Assembly (NCBI GenBank): GCA_003222245.1
Contig: QHVH01000004.1
Location: 67,441 to 131,440, forward strand
DNA length: 64,000 nucleotides
Reading direction: 5' to 3'
Source: Blastocatellia bacterium AA13
GTDB taxonomy: Bacteria; Acidobacteriota; Blastocatellia; UBA7656
Shown here: in pieces, positions 24,936 through 35,384 of the stretch
How the letters are laid out: every line of letters starts with the position of its first letter
Position numbering within the stretch: the first letter of the stretch is position 1
Position numbers and translations under genes: made by a program
The notes under the pieces: model-generated
What the model was told of the DNA's origin: nothing
What the model saw: the letters and a program-made list of their open reading frames with translations, nothing else
Database searches by the model: none

Positions 24936-26370
24936 TCAATCCCAATAGGGTACGTATTTTGCGTATCGTCTCGATCTATTGGAAGGATCGTCCGGCTTAA
25001 TCCTCCCCTGTTGGATTGCATCCGCAATCACTCTGGATACCGCCTCCTTCTTGCTCTCCGGCAGTTTGAATCGATCTCGTAAGGTCGTGTTGGTCATTTT
25101 CTTATTCATGATCCACCGGAGAACAGAGTGCTGGAAACAGGCTCGTACACGTTCCTTTGCATCCATATCATCGAAGGATTTATGGGCGTACATGATTGCT
25201 AGAGTGTGCCTATCACTTACACGAAAATCGGGTGGCGGCAGTTGGTATATCTCGGCGTGCGCTATTACCCTATCTATCCCGAGCCCCTGTTCTTCGCAAA
25301 TGCCTAACCGTCGCATAATGTCGGCAAGCTTTTCGTTTCGCGACTCATATTCATCAATGAATCGATCTGGTGAGATAATAGACTTACCAGGATTTGAAAT
25401 CTCGATGCGATCACTATACAGCTCAATCGTCACGGATGTTCCGGTTGCTCTGAATTCCTGATGGATAAGAGCATTCGCAACTAATTCTCGTATCGCGATT
25501 TCGGGAAACATCTTCACTTCTTGACGGAAGGCTGGGCCGATTACATCGTTGGCTGGAATCTGAGCCTTAATGAAGCTAATCAAACTCGCAAAACCGAGAA
25601 CGTATCCTTTGTTGCCGTGCGCAAAGACCCGACTATTTTCAAGTTTGTTAGGACCGTCATATACAATGACCCTTGGGCCTTTCCGGGTAAGGCCCTCGAA
25701 TTGTTTTAGGTTCTTTGCGAATAGGACCGCACCAAGATTACTAATGGCATAGTCATGATTGCCTTCGGAGATCAGGTGTTCATTCTTGAAGCGTTCAAGA
25801 ACGGCATCCCGATTTGTGGGATAGGTTTTGCCGGTCGTAGTAAATCTGAGTATCTAGCAGCCGAATCACGTCACTGGCGGAGCAATTATCGAGCGCTGTA
25901 CGCCTAAACCATTCCGGATTCCCCTCATCGAAGATTTCACGAAGCCTTTCGGCGGTCATAGGTATCAGTTCTTCACCCGAGCGCATCCAATAGGCTCCCT
26001 CAAGATGACAGGCGGTGCCGCGATGTCGAGAGGGAACATGAAAAATTACAACTCGACCGTTTGGATGGCTCAACGCTTCCACTTTCACCAAGAAATGCAG
26101 TTTGTTGAGAATCTTCTGTTGAATGTCGCCGGGATTCTCAAATGCATTTGTCCCAACTACTTGTCTAGGAATCTTATTGGTGACGCCGAGAACCAATTTT
26201 CCGCCACGTTCATTGGCGAGAGCCACGCAATACCGAAATAGCTTTGTAGTATCAAACTGAGTCTTTGCTTCTTTGAATTCTAGGTTCTCGGTTTCTCGCG
26301 GCGCGTCCATCCATCGCTCCAAGTCTGCGATTGTGGTGGTCGCGCTCATAATCCCTACACGATAGAACAC
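24936..26370 (-). pseudogene. AlbA_2 (divergent AAA/Schlafen-like) plus HATPase_c_4 ATP-binding protein, split by a frameshift or short deletion into two ORFs (25795-26370 N-terminal half; 24936-25583 C-terminal half)
   Basis: The N-terminal piece LEFKEAKTQFDTTKLFRYCVALANERGGKLVLGV is AlbA_2. The C-terminal piece IRELVANALIHQEF...TIELYSDRIEISNPG is HATPase_c_4. The two domains normally form one polypeptide. A 211-nt gap and a frame change separate the pieces. The region is lower in GC than its flanks. Confidence 0.6.
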
Positions 26371-27276
26371 GCACTAGAATGAGACAAGTCATATTGTCTA
26401 TTGATAGTATGTCCCAGTTTTGGGGTTTTGTGCTCGGATTCAAGTCCTTTCTTTCCATTGTATTCGCTCTGAGAGAACCTGAGAAGTAGTAAGCCGGGCA
26501 CAGGCACGCATGGCAAATTGAATTGCTTTCGATGCTGCTCGACGGCCTCCCTTGCCCTCTTCGATCATTTCTCGGAGCGAAGCCAATCGAGCGAGCACGG
26601 CATCCCTCTGAACTGATTTTGCTTGAATCCGTCGAGACCTATTCCGTCCGGGCCGCGGAGTTGTGAAAGTAAGTTATTGCCCTAAACAGAAAGTGTGACC
26701 ATCAACTGAAAGCGACCCGCAAGGTTCGCCGTTGTCGGCGTGCTTCTGAGTGTGGTTTGAGGTTTGCTGCTACGTGGTCGAAGCAGATGTTCGTCGACGC
26801 GTTAATCGTTCTCGGTAAGCCTCCCAGAATGGCCTACTGAAAAAAGCCACAGTTTATAATGTGGACGGAGAGAACATCAGGGTAAAGAAAGGGGCGGGGC
26901 GCTTTGGCTCATGACCGGCCAGCATAAAGAATCTCACCCGCCAACACGCGATCAGAGCAGTCAATGCGTTTGCCCCTATCAGCGTTCGCAGGATTGCAGC
27001 TTGTAAGACCTGACTTCTCGTGCCGAACGCAATCCCGCCAGATGTATTTATTGAAACACGCCGTTCCCGCTGTTTATGGCATTTCATCCCAAGAGACCTT
27101 AACGTGGCGCGCGCTCATCAGAGCGAGCCCGATACATTCTTTACCGCCGGCTTCTACGGCTTCCCGTGAGGGCTTACGCATCTCTCTCTTCGTGTGCCTG
27201 CCCGCGTGGATCAAAGCTGACCGCGGCCAAACCACATCGGGTCTGAATTGAACTTCGGCTTCTCTCAGGAGCGGCT

Positions 27277-28548
27277 TTGACTGTCCGAATACGCCTCAAC
27301 AGCATAGCAGTTCGAATCATCTTCGCGTTGACTGCCGCGGCTTTTTGCATCGCGCTCGTAATGGCCTCGGTAAGCCGATTCGTAGCAGCGACGCTGGCCG
27401 ATGACAGGGCGGTTCCGGATCCGGCGCTGCTTGCGCGGGTCTCCGACTTGTTTCCCGGTTCCGGCAGGCTGCATCAACGAGTCGCCGAATCCGAACTGGC
27501 GAAGGCGGCGCCCGATTCGAAGCTGGCCCGGGATCACGCGCGCTCCGCACTCCGCATCTGCCCAAAGAGCTACAAGAGCGCCGAGCTGCTCGCGGCCGCG
27601 GAAGAGATGGACGGCGACAGCGACGCGGCGGCCGAAACGCTTACACGGGCGTTGCTTGTTGCACCGAATGACGCGGGGCTCCGATGGCGACTGGCGAACG
27701 TGTTGTTGAGAAGGGGCAGGCTCGATGAAGCCGCCGCGCAATTGAAGCTCGCAAGCGCTCTCGATCCTCCGATATTCGCCGCCGCGATGGACGTGCTCTG
27801 GCGGGCTTCAGGCGGGAGCGTTTCTTTGCTCGAAAGGATAACCGGCGGCGCGCCTGATCAGCGCGTTTCGGCCGCGGTCTTCCTGTTGAAGCATTATCGA
27901 ATCGACGAAGCGTGCCGGGTCTTCACGTCGGCGTCCGGGTCTTTCGTTCCAAACTCGAAACGGCTTGAGTTCGTCAACAACCTGATCGAGGCGGACGCAG
28001 CCGCTGAAGCGCGAGCCCTCTGGCTCGGCTTGATTGGAGTGGAGAGCGCGCCGCCGGTTTGGAACCGCGGTTTTGAGACCGACATTAAGACGTTTCGCTG
28101 CCGCTTCGACTGGACGTTGAAGCAATCGGACTTCGCGCGCTTAGCCATCGAATCGGGTACGGGACGAGGAGGCGGGCGAGCTTTGCGACTCGATTTTATG
28201 TCCCGAGACACGCCCAGGCTGGATGACGAACTGAGTCAACTGATCGTTGTTCGTCCCGGAGTCAACTACGAGCTTCGATTCTGGGCAAAGACAGAGCGGT
28301 TCGACGCGGAAGGCGGACCGGTGATCACGGTGGCGGCTGCCGCGAAGCGCGTCATCGGTTTCTCGGAGCCCGTTTCACCGGGATCGGCTGATTGGAGGGC
28401 GTATGCATTTAACTTTGCTACACCGCCGAGTGAAGGCGGACGGCAGGCGGCGCTCGTGATAGGCATACAGCGCCAGCCTCGTTTCGCGTATGAGAAACCG
28501 GCCTCGGGAACTATCTGGCTGGATGATTTCGAGTTAATCGAGAGATGA
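27277..28548 (+). CDS. membrane-anchored TPR-repeat protein with a C-terminal beta-rich domain; EPS-locus accessory protein. The start (TTG 27277 or ATG 27361) is uncertain.
   Basis: An N-terminal hydrophobic anchor is present (IIFALTAAAFCIALVMASV). TPR-like helices follow (AELLAAAEEMDGDSDAAAETLTRALLVAPNDAGLRWRLANVLLRRGRLDEAAAQLKLASALDP). The stop overlaps the next ATG. Confidence 0.5.
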   Translation: MTVRIRLNSIAVRIIFALTAAAFCIALVMASVSRFVAATLADDRAVPDPALLARVSDLFPGSGRLHQRVAESELAKAAPDSKLARDHARSALRICPKSYKSAELLAAAEEMDGDSDAAAETLTRALLVAPNDAGLRWRLANVLLRRGRLDEAAAQLKLASALDPPIFAAAMDVLWRASGGSVSLLERITGGAPDQRVSAAVFLLKHYRIDEACRVFTSASGSFVPNSKRLEFVNNLIEADAAAEARALWLGLIGVESAPPVWNRGFETDIKTFRCRFDWTLKQSDFARLAIESGTGRGGGRALRLDFMSRDTPRLDDELSQLIVVRPGVNYELRFWAKTERFDAEGGPVITVAAAAKRVIGFSEPVSPGSADWRAYAFNFATPPSEGGRQAALVIGIQRQPRFAYEKPASGTIWLDDFELIER

Positions 28549-29921
28549 ACTCCGAAGAAAAACCCATCGGTTCGGATGAAGCTGGCGGAGGCCTCGCGAA
28601 GGCGCTCGGCGTGGGCGTCCTCTCGACCGCCGCGTTTGCGGTCCTTGCTCACGGCGCCGTCGAACCATGGTCCGCGTGGGCGTGCCAGCTCCTGACTGCG
28701 GCGCTTGTATTGATATGGATCATCAAAGCGGTACGAGACCGGTGCGTCAATATTACCGTGCCGGGACCGGTGATTCCGCTGGCCGCGCTTACATGTGTGG
28801 CCGCGCTACAGAGCATCGCCGTGCGCAAGAGCGACGGATCTCTGCTGAGCCTGTCGGTCGATGTGGAAGCGACGCGAGGCGCCGCCCTCATGCTGGCCTT
28901 CGCTCTGCTTGCGTCATTGATGGCGGCTACTTTTATTCAGGGGCGGGCATGGTGGAGGCTCGCCGCTTCGTCGGTTGTCGTGTTCGGATTCCTGCTGGCG
29001 CTGTTCGCATTGCTTCAACACGTATTCTGGAACGGAGCCATTTACTGGCTCCGGCCCGCGCGAGCGATTGCATATGGTCCTTTCGTGAACCGGAATCACT
29101 TTGCGGGGTTCATCGGGATGTTGGCGCCAACGGCTCTTTCTCTCGCGCTGATGGCTCCGATCAGGCGGGAACTGAGGGCGCTTTATCTGTTCGCGGCCCT
29201 ATTCATGGCGCTGGCGGAAGCGGTGTCGGTCTCTCGGGCTGGGATCATGAGCCTGCTGGCGTCGTCGTTGATGGTGATCGTATGCGTCAAGGGTTCGCGG
29301 CGCGAAGACGAAAGTGAAAGTTCGGCGAAGCACAGGGGACGCCTTGTAAAACTAACTCTCGCGGCCGCTCTGTTGATGATCACTGCCGGCGGCATAGTCT
29401 GGATAGGAGCCGATCCGCTTCTAAGCCGGGCCGCGGAAACAATGGGGGCCGCGCGCGGCGTATCGAACATCGCATCGGATCCTGCATCGTTTCTGAGCAG
29501 GGAGTGGATATGGAAGGATGCGTTCGCGATGTTTCGGGCAAATCCGGTTCTTGGAGTGGGCCTGGGCGGATTCGAAACCGCGTATCCTTCATATGGGCAT
29601 GGCAACGGCCGCGTCGTCGTCGATTACGCTCACAATGATTATCTACAGGTTCTGACCGACTGCGGGATTGCGGGAGCCGTTCTTGCGGCCTGGTTTTTGT
29701 TTGCGGTGATACGGAGCATCATCGCGGCAACCAGAACTCGCGAGCCTCTGCTCAGGGCGATTGCCGTAGGCTTTGGCGCCGGCGTCGTCTCGATGCTGGT
29801 TCACAGCGCTTTTGACTTCAACCTTCAAATCCCATCGAACGCGTTGACGTTCTTGATTCTTGTCACTCTTGTATCTGGAATCGCGGGCCGTACAAGGCAA
29901 AGGGCCGCGACCGGCTTCTAA
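28545..29921 (+). CDS. O-antigen ligase / Wzy_C-family polymerase-like membrane protein
   Basis: It has about 10-12 transmembrane segments. The Wzy_C motif YAHNDYLQVLTDCGIAGAVLAAWFLF lies in a periplasmic loop. Confidence 0.7.
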   Translation: MNSEEKPIGSDEAGGGLAKALGVGVLSTAAFAVLAHGAVEPWSAWACQLLTAALVLIWIIKAVRDRCVNITVPGPVIPLAALTCVAALQSIAVRKSDGSLLSLSVDVEATRGAALMLAFALLASLMAATFIQGRAWWRLAASSVVVFGFLLALFALLQHVFWNGAIYWLRPARAIAYGPFVNRNHFAGFIGMLAPTALSLALMAPIRRELRALYLFAALFMALAEAVSVSRAGIMSLLASSLMVIVCVKGSRREDESESSAKHRGRLVKLTLAAALLMITAGGIVWIGADPLLSRAAETMGAARGVSNIASDPASFLSREWIWKDAFAMFRANPVLGVGLGGFETAYPSYGHGNGRVVVDYAHNDYLQVLTDCGIAGAVLAAWFLFAVIRSIIAATRTREPLLRAIAVGFGAGVVSMLVHSAFDFNLQIPSNALTFLILVTLVSGIAGRTRQRAATGF

Positions 29922-29948
29922 CGAGATCACGTCAGGCAGGAGGTAACG

Positions 29949-30992
29949 ATGATTCGCCCCGCGATTCACTTCGCTCTAGCGTTCTTACTGGCCGCATCCT
30001 CCCCCGCGCTTGCGGTTGTTGGACAGAGTAAGAGGGCGCAGACGCCTCAGTATCAGCAGCAGCCGGTCACACAGGCAGACGGGGGCGCCGTTGGAGTTCT
30101 TGTGTCGTCCGATGAAGATTACAAGATCGGATCGAGCGACATCGTCGAGATTCGCGTAGACGATGCGCCTGAACTGTCAGGGTTGTTCCGCGTCAGCGCA
30201 TCGGGGCTCGTCGCGATGCCGTTCCTTGGACGCGTGGCAGTAGCGGGCAAAACCGCCGATGAGGTTTCTGATGAGATTGCCGGTCGGCTGCGCGGCCGGT
30301 ATCTCATGAACCCCAATGTGCTGGTGGCGGTCCGGCAAGTCAACAGCCGGGCTTTCTTTGTTCAGGGCGCGGTGCACCGGCCCGGCGTGTATCAGATCGA
30401 AGGGCGTCCGTCGCTGCTTCGGTTGATCACGGTGGCGGGCGGCCTATCCGAGAATCACGGCTCGTCCGCGTTCATAATACGTGAGAACAAGCAACCGCCG
30501 TCGGATGCCGCCGCTCCAGCCGCGGCCCCTGATAATGCGGAGGGCGACGCCAGATATACATTGTTGAGCGCCAACATAAACGGGCTGCTCAAGGGCAGGT
30601 TCGATCAGAACCTGCCGGTCGAGCCGGGCGACATAGTAAACATCCCGCCGACCGATGTTTTCTTTGTTTCAGGAGAGGTAAATGCTCCCGGCTCCTTTCC
30701 TCTGAAAGACGGCACGACGCTGCAACAGGCGCTGTCGCTCGCGCAGGGGGCGACGTTCAAGGGTTCGCTGAAAGACGGGTTGATCTTCAGGGAAGACCCC
30801 TCGACCGGCAAGCGTGAAGAGATCAGGGCCGACTTTGCCGCCGTGATGGGCGGGAAGAAGGAAGACATCGTGATCAAGCCCAACGACGTAATAATGGTTC
30901 CGAACAGCAAATTCAAATCCGCGATGGCTCCGATCCTGAACGCGTTCGGCTACGGCGCATCAGTCGCCGCGGGCGGCCGCGTCATCAGGTGA
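29949..30992 (+). CDS. wza: polysaccharide export outer-membrane protein (Wza/Poly_export plus SLBB)
   Basis: Signal peptide; Poly_export block YKIGSSDIVEIRVDDAPELSGLFRVSASGLVAMPFLGRVAVAGKTADEVSDEIAGRL; SLBB blocks FFVQGAVHRPGVYQIEGRPSLLRLITVAGG and FFVSGEVNAPGSFPL. Confidence 0.85.
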   Translation: MIRPAIHFALAFLLAASSPALAVVGQSKRAQTPQYQQQPVTQADGGAVGVLVSSDEDYKIGSSDIVEIRVDDAPELSGLFRVSASGLVAMPFLGRVAVAGKTADEVSDEIAGRLRGRYLMNPNVLVAVRQVNSRAFFVQGAVHRPGVYQIEGRPSLLRLITVAGGLSENHGSSAFIIRENKQPPSDAAAPAAAPDNAEGDARYTLLSANINGLLKGRFDQNLPVEPGDIVNIPPTDVFFVSGEVNAPGSFPLKDGTTLQQALSLAQGATFKGSLKDGLIFREDPSTGKREEIRADFAAVMGGKKEDIVIKPNDVIMVPNSKFKSAMAPILNAFGYGASVAAGGRVIR

Positions 30993-31024
30993 GCCGGTTC
31001 CTCATTCACACAGGAAAGCACGAA

Positions 31025-33418
31025 ATGGCACAAGAGAGAGTGGAACTCGAACGCGTATCGACGGCGCGAGTAGCGCTCGATGCCGCGCCGCCGCCGCGGT
31101 ATCCGGCGCTGGCCGGAGCCGCCGGAACGGAGTACGGCCTTGGATACCCGGAAGAATACGGCCGCATTCATCTGCTCGAGGTGTGGCGAACGATCCGCAA
31201 ACGAAGATGGCTCATCGCGGCCACGGTCGTGATAGTTACCTCAATCGTCACGGTCGAGATGTTCAGGATAAAGACGGCCTATCAGGCCTCCGCGATGATC
31301 GAGATCGGCAAAGACGTTCAGGCCGTACAAGGGCCAAGCGCGGCCGCGGTCCAGGACGACTCCGACAATTTCTATCCGCTGGTCAGAATCAAGACATACA
31401 TGATCGAGTTGAAGAGCAGGCCGCTGCTGTCCGATGTGGCGGCGAGGTTGCGGCTCGATCAACGGCCCGAGTTTCTGGCGGCGGAAGACCGGAGGGGCGT
31501 CTGGAGCGCCATCAAATCGATCGGTGGCAGAAGCGCTCTGCGTGAAGCAGGCGAATCGCCGCCGGAACAGGCTTCGGACGCGGCGGATACGGACAAGCAG
31601 CCCGGTCCGGGAGCCGACGCAAACGATCTCGCGGCCCTCATTCGCGCGCTCGACAAGAATCTTTCGGTCGAGCCTATACGCGACACGCGGGTGATCAAGG
31701 TGGTGTTCACCCATACCGATCCCAAGCTTGCGGCCGAGGTAGTCAACGCGGTCACGCAGAGCTTTATCGCCAGGAGTTTCAGTACCAAGGCTGAAAAGTA
31801 CAACAACGCGGCCAGTTGGCTGGATCGTTCGACCCGCGAGCTCCAGGCAAAAGTGCAGAAGGCCGAGCAGTCGGTCGCCGATTACACGCGCGATCACAAT
31901 ATCTACTCCACCGAAGGGAAAGAGACGCTGACCACGGACAAGCTCTCGCGGCTTCACGACCAGGTGATGCGCGCCGAGACCGATAGACTATTGAAGGGCT
32001 CGCTCTACGAAGAGCTGAACATGGGCAGGCTCGACCGGCTCTCGGAAGCATTCTCGGATCCCAAGATAAGCGAACTCACGAAGATCCGCGGTGAACTGGC
32101 CGCGACGTATGCGCAGTTGAGCGTCAGGTATGGGCCGGAGAATCCGCGGGTGGCCGAGAGCAAAAAGCAGATGGCCGAAATAGACAACCAGATTCGCGCG
32201 AGCCGCGCCTCGCTTGAAGCGCGGTTGAGAGCGGACTATGAAAGGTCCGCCCGCGATGAGGTGTCGCTGAAAGGCGCGCTGGATCGCGCCAAGACCGAAG
32301 CGGCTCGCCAGAATCAGGATGCGATTCAGTACGGCATCCTTAAACAGGACGTCGATACGGCGAAATCGCTGTACACCGAGTTCCTGCAAAAGACGAATCA
32401 GGCGAACCTGGAACTGGCTCAGCAATCGAGCGCGCTTCACGTCATCGAGCCGGCCGAAGTGCCTACGTTCCCGGTCGATGCGAAACGCCTTCAGGGTGTG
32501 CTGATCGCCCTCTTTGTGAGCCTGTGCGCAGGCCTGATCTTCGCGTTCCTGCTGGAGTATCTCGACAACACGATAAAGACGGTTGACGATGTGGCTAGAT
32601 TCGTTCGCCTCCCCGCGCTTGGCGTTATCCCGATGATGACCGCGGGCAAGCGAGGCCTGGGACCGAAGCGGCGCGCGTACGCCCTGGCGGCCGCAGGACC
32701 GGCTGCCCGAGCCTTATTGGCGAGCCAGGCCGAGATCGTGGAATGCGACAGCGCGTCGAGCGCGGCCGAAGCCTACCGCGTCCTGCGGACTTCGGTGCTG
32801 TTGTGCGCGGCCGGCAGCCCGCCAAGGACGATCCTGGTCACCAGCGGCCAACAGGGTGAAGGAAAGACGACCACCGTCATCAATACCGCGGTCTCGCTGG
32901 CCCAGCTTGGCGCAAAAGTTCTGATCATCGATTGCGATCTGCGCCGCCCTTCCGCGCACAAACTGTTCAAGCTGCCCAATACCGCGGGACTGTCGACCTA
33001 CCTCTCGCGGGAGATAGACGTCGAGGCATTGATTCACACACAGGAGCTGAAGAACCTCTCATTATTGCCGTGCGGCCCGATCCCTCCGAATCCGGCCGAG
33101 CTGCTGTCGTCGCAGAAGATGAAAGATCTCCTGTCCGCCATGTCCGAAAGGTTCGATCACGTGCTCATCGATTCTCCGCCGCTGATAAACGTTACCGATC
33201 CCATCATTCTTTCGACCATTGTCGACGGGGTGATTCTGGTCGTTCACGGAGGCAGGAGCACGCGGGACGTCGCCCGCCGGGCTCGTCAGGAACTGGTCAA
33301 CGCAGGCGCGAAGATCTTTGGCGTGGTGCTGAACAACGTAGATATGAGACAGCACAAATACGACGATTATTATTGCTACTACTCGAAACAGTACGACAGC
33401 TACGGTCACGCACAGTGA
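31025..33418 (+). CDS. wzc: polysaccharide co-polymerase / chain-length-determinant tyrosine autokinase (Wzc/GumC/EpsB type). An alternative GTG start lies at 30989.
   Basis: It has two transmembrane segments flanking a coiled-coil periplasmic region. Walker A is TSGQQGEGKTTT. The C-terminal Tyr cluster is YDDYYCYYSKQYDSYG. Confidence 0.85.
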   Translation: MAQERVELERVSTARVALDAAPPPRYPALAGAAGTEYGLGYPEEYGRIHLLEVWRTIRKRRWLIAATVVIVTSIVTVEMFRIKTAYQASAMIEIGKDVQAVQGPSAAAVQDDSDNFYPLVRIKTYMIELKSRPLLSDVAARLRLDQRPEFLAAEDRRGVWSAIKSIGGRSALREAGESPPEQASDAADTDKQPGPGADANDLAALIRALDKNLSVEPIRDTRVIKVVFTHTDPKLAAEVVNAVTQSFIARSFSTKAEKYNNAASWLDRSTRELQAKVQKAEQSVADYTRDHNIYSTEGKETLTTDKLSRLHDQVMRAETDRLLKGSLYEELNMGRLDRLSEAFSDPKISELTKIRGELAATYAQLSVRYGPENPRVAESKKQMAEIDNQIRASRASLEARLRADYERSARDEVSLKGALDRAKTEAARQNQDAIQYGILKQDVDTAKSLYTEFLQKTNQANLELAQQSSALHVIEPAEVPTFPVDAKRLQGVLIALFVSLCAGLIFAFLLEYLDNTIKTVDDVARFVRLPALGVIPMMTAGKRGLGPKRRAYALAAAGPAARALLASQAEIVECDSASSAAEAYRVLRTSVLLCAAGSPPRTILVTSGQQGEGKTTTVINTAVSLAQLGAKVLIIDCDLRRPSAHKLFKLPNTAGLSTYLSREIDVEALIHTQELKNLSLLPCGPIPPNPAELLSSQKMKDLLSAMSERFDHVLIDSPPLINVTDPIILSTIVDGVILVVHGGRSTRDVARRARQELVNAGAKIFGVVLNNVDMRQHKYDDYYCYYSKQYDSYGHAQ

Positions 33419-34581
33419 AGCGGACGGTGTTGCTTGCGGCTGTCGGCGACGTCAACTCGCCCGCGACGTGGAGCGGTATCCCTTTCCATTTTCTTCAGGC
33501 GGCGCGCGGCGCGGGACTGATAAATCAAGGGCTGGCGCTGTCGGCCTCCGGACGAGACTGGAGAATTCGCCGGCTCGCCTGGAATGCCCGCTCGGTTCTG
33601 AAAGGCGATCATCACGGCGGCTATCAGTATTCCCCGGGGTTCCTCGAACGGCTTTGGGAACGTGATCGACGGCGGCTCGGCGGATCCGTAATCGTCAACT
33701 GCTTTCAACTCTTTCCTGACTCGATCGTGCTCGATTCCACGATCGAGAAGTGGTTCTTCATCGATCAGACGCTCACGCAGTTGTTCGATTTCTATGGTGA
33801 ACGGCGCAAGATCGGCTCGTCGATTGCCGCCGATGCCGTCGCAAGGGAACGTGAAGGATACCTGGCCTCGGCTGGAGTTATTGCACATAGCCGATGGGCG
33901 GCTGACAACGTGATCTTCGGCTATGGCGTTCCGCCGGAGAAGGTTCACGTAGCGACGCCGGGAGCCAGCCTTGACGAAGCCGAGTACGAATGTTGGGAAC
34001 GCGAGCGGGCGAAGGAGCCGCGGCGGGCGCCGAATCGGCCGGAAGAGCTCCGGCTGGTCTTCGTCGGCAAGGATTGGCGGCGCAAGGGGCTGGACAGGCT
34101 GCTCGCCGCATTCGGCCTGGCACGGAAGCTCGGCCTTCGAGCCACGCTCCGAGTCATCGGCGTAGCCAGACGCGCCATCCCGGCAAAGTACCGGGACTGT
34201 GACGGCGTTGAATGGGCAGGCTTCATCGACAAGCGGAACCATGCCTCTGAATTCATCAACGCGGTTGCTTCGTGCGATCTTGGCTGTCTTTTGTCCAGGG
34301 CGGAAGCGGGCGGAATCGCTTTCCGTGAGTATCACGCGTTGGGGCTCGGAGCGCTGGGCTCCAATGTTGGAGGCGCGGCCGAGCACATGATTCCCGAAGC
34401 TTCTCTGCTCATGCCGCCCGAGTCGTCTGACGAAGAGATAGCCCGTGCGCTGCTGGCTCTGCAGCGGGAACCCGAGCGGTTGTTGTCGATGCGACGTCAC
34501 GCATGGGAGAGGCGGCGCACGGCGCTCTGGCGAGAATCGATAAGCCGGTTGATGACCTTCTGGCCGCACGCGCCGGACTGA
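33415..34581 (+). CDS. glycosyltransferase family 4 (GT1-fold)
   Basis: A GTG start overlaps the wzc stop (GTGA). The motif is ELRLVFVGKDWRRKGLDRLL....FINAVASCDLGCLLSRAEAGGIAFREYHALG. The ORF track's 5' extension from 32932 overlaps wzc by 480 nt and is not credible. Confidence 0.65.
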   Translation: MKRTVLLAAVGDVNSPATWSGIPFHFLQAARGAGLINQGLALSASGRDWRIRRLAWNARSVLKGDHHGGYQYSPGFLERLWERDRRRLGGSVIVNCFQLFPDSIVLDSTIEKWFFIDQTLTQLFDFYGERRKIGSSIAADAVAREREGYLASAGVIAHSRWAADNVIFGYGVPPEKVHVATPGASLDEAEYECWERERAKEPRRAPNRPEELRLVFVGKDWRRKGLDRLLAAFGLARKLGLRATLRVIGVARRAIPAKYRDCDGVEWAGFIDKRNHASEFINAVASCDLGCLLSRAEAGGIAFREYHALGLGALGSNVGGAAEHMIPEASLLMPPESSDEEIARALLALQREPERLLSMRRHAWERRRTALWRESISRLMTFWPHAPD

Positions 34582-34592
34582 GCGATATCACG

Positions 34593-35378
34593 ATGCGGTT
34601 ATCGAGTTTGATAAAGCACGCGCTTCCCTCTGCCGCGGTCAAAGCGCTTGATTGGAGGAAGCGCTTTGAAGCTGCCGGAGTGCCGCCAGCCCAATCGATT
34701 GCATATTCCCTGTCGCGCGCGGCCAGAGCGGATCTGTCGAATTCCCGAATCGAGCAGTTGCCGCCCGAACTGCGGCGGCGAATCCCGCTCGCCGTCGATG
34801 CCGGAGCCAACCGCGGCCAGTGGTTGTCGGCTTTGCGGCGGTTCGCTCGAATCGATCGCGCCGAGGTCTTTGAACCTAACCCCGAGGCGTTTAACGCGTT
34901 GTCGGCCATGTTCGCGACAGATGAGGGCATCAGGTTACACGAGTGCGCATTGGGGGCGGCGCCGGCGCGAATGGCGTTGAACGTGACCGCGTCGTCGGAT
35001 CTCGCTTCATTGTTGAATCCGGCGCACGCGCTTAGAGCCAACTATCCCGGAGGCAGCCGTATTACAGGATCGCTGCCGGTTCAGGTCGTTCGGCTCGATG
35101 ACGTGCTCGGGGAGGATGACCACGTTGACCTGCTGAAGATCGACGTGCAGGGCTTTGAGAAGAATGTGCTCGATGGCGCCCGGCGGACGCTGGCGAGGAC
35201 CAGGGCCATCATCATCGAAATGAACTTTGTTCGCCACTACGAGGGCGAGTTGTCGTTCGGGCCGCTGTACGACCGGCTCATTGACGAGCTCGACTTCGAG
35301 TTCTGGGATATTTCTCCGCCGCATCGAAACACGGACGGCCGCGCGCTGTGGGCGGATGCGGTCTTTGTCAGAGTTTGA
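34593..35378 (+). CDS. FkbM-family SAM-dependent methyltransferase (1 of 3)
   Basis: VDAGANRGQW...EVFEPNPEAF...DLLKIDVQGFEKNVLDGARRTLARTRAIIIEMNF. Confidence 0.75.
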   Translation: MRLSSLIKHALPSAAVKALDWRKRFEAAGVPPAQSIAYSLSRAARADLSNSRIEQLPPELRRRIPLAVDAGANRGQWLSALRRFARIDRAEVFEPNPEAFNALSAMFATDEGIRLHECALGAAPARMALNVTASSDLASLLNPAHALRANYPGGSRITGSLPVQVVRLDDVLGEDDHVDLLKIDVQGFEKNVLDGARRTLARTRAIIIEMNFVRHYEGELSFGPLYDRLIDELDFEFWDISPPHRNTDGRALWADAVFVRV

Positions 35379-35384
35379 AAGAAA

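Noticed and set aside
26430-26450. tRNA T-arm-like string ggattcaagtcc, a possible tRNA fragment or att site
   Set aside because: The flanking bases do not form a T-stem and no acceptor or anticodon arm could be assembled by eye. It is mentioned only as a possible integration scar.
32932-33414. 5' extension of the GT4 ORF overlapping wzc by 480 nt
   Set aside because: It overlaps the highly conserved Wzc kinase domain in another frame. The GTG within GTGA at 33415 gives a clean coupled start.
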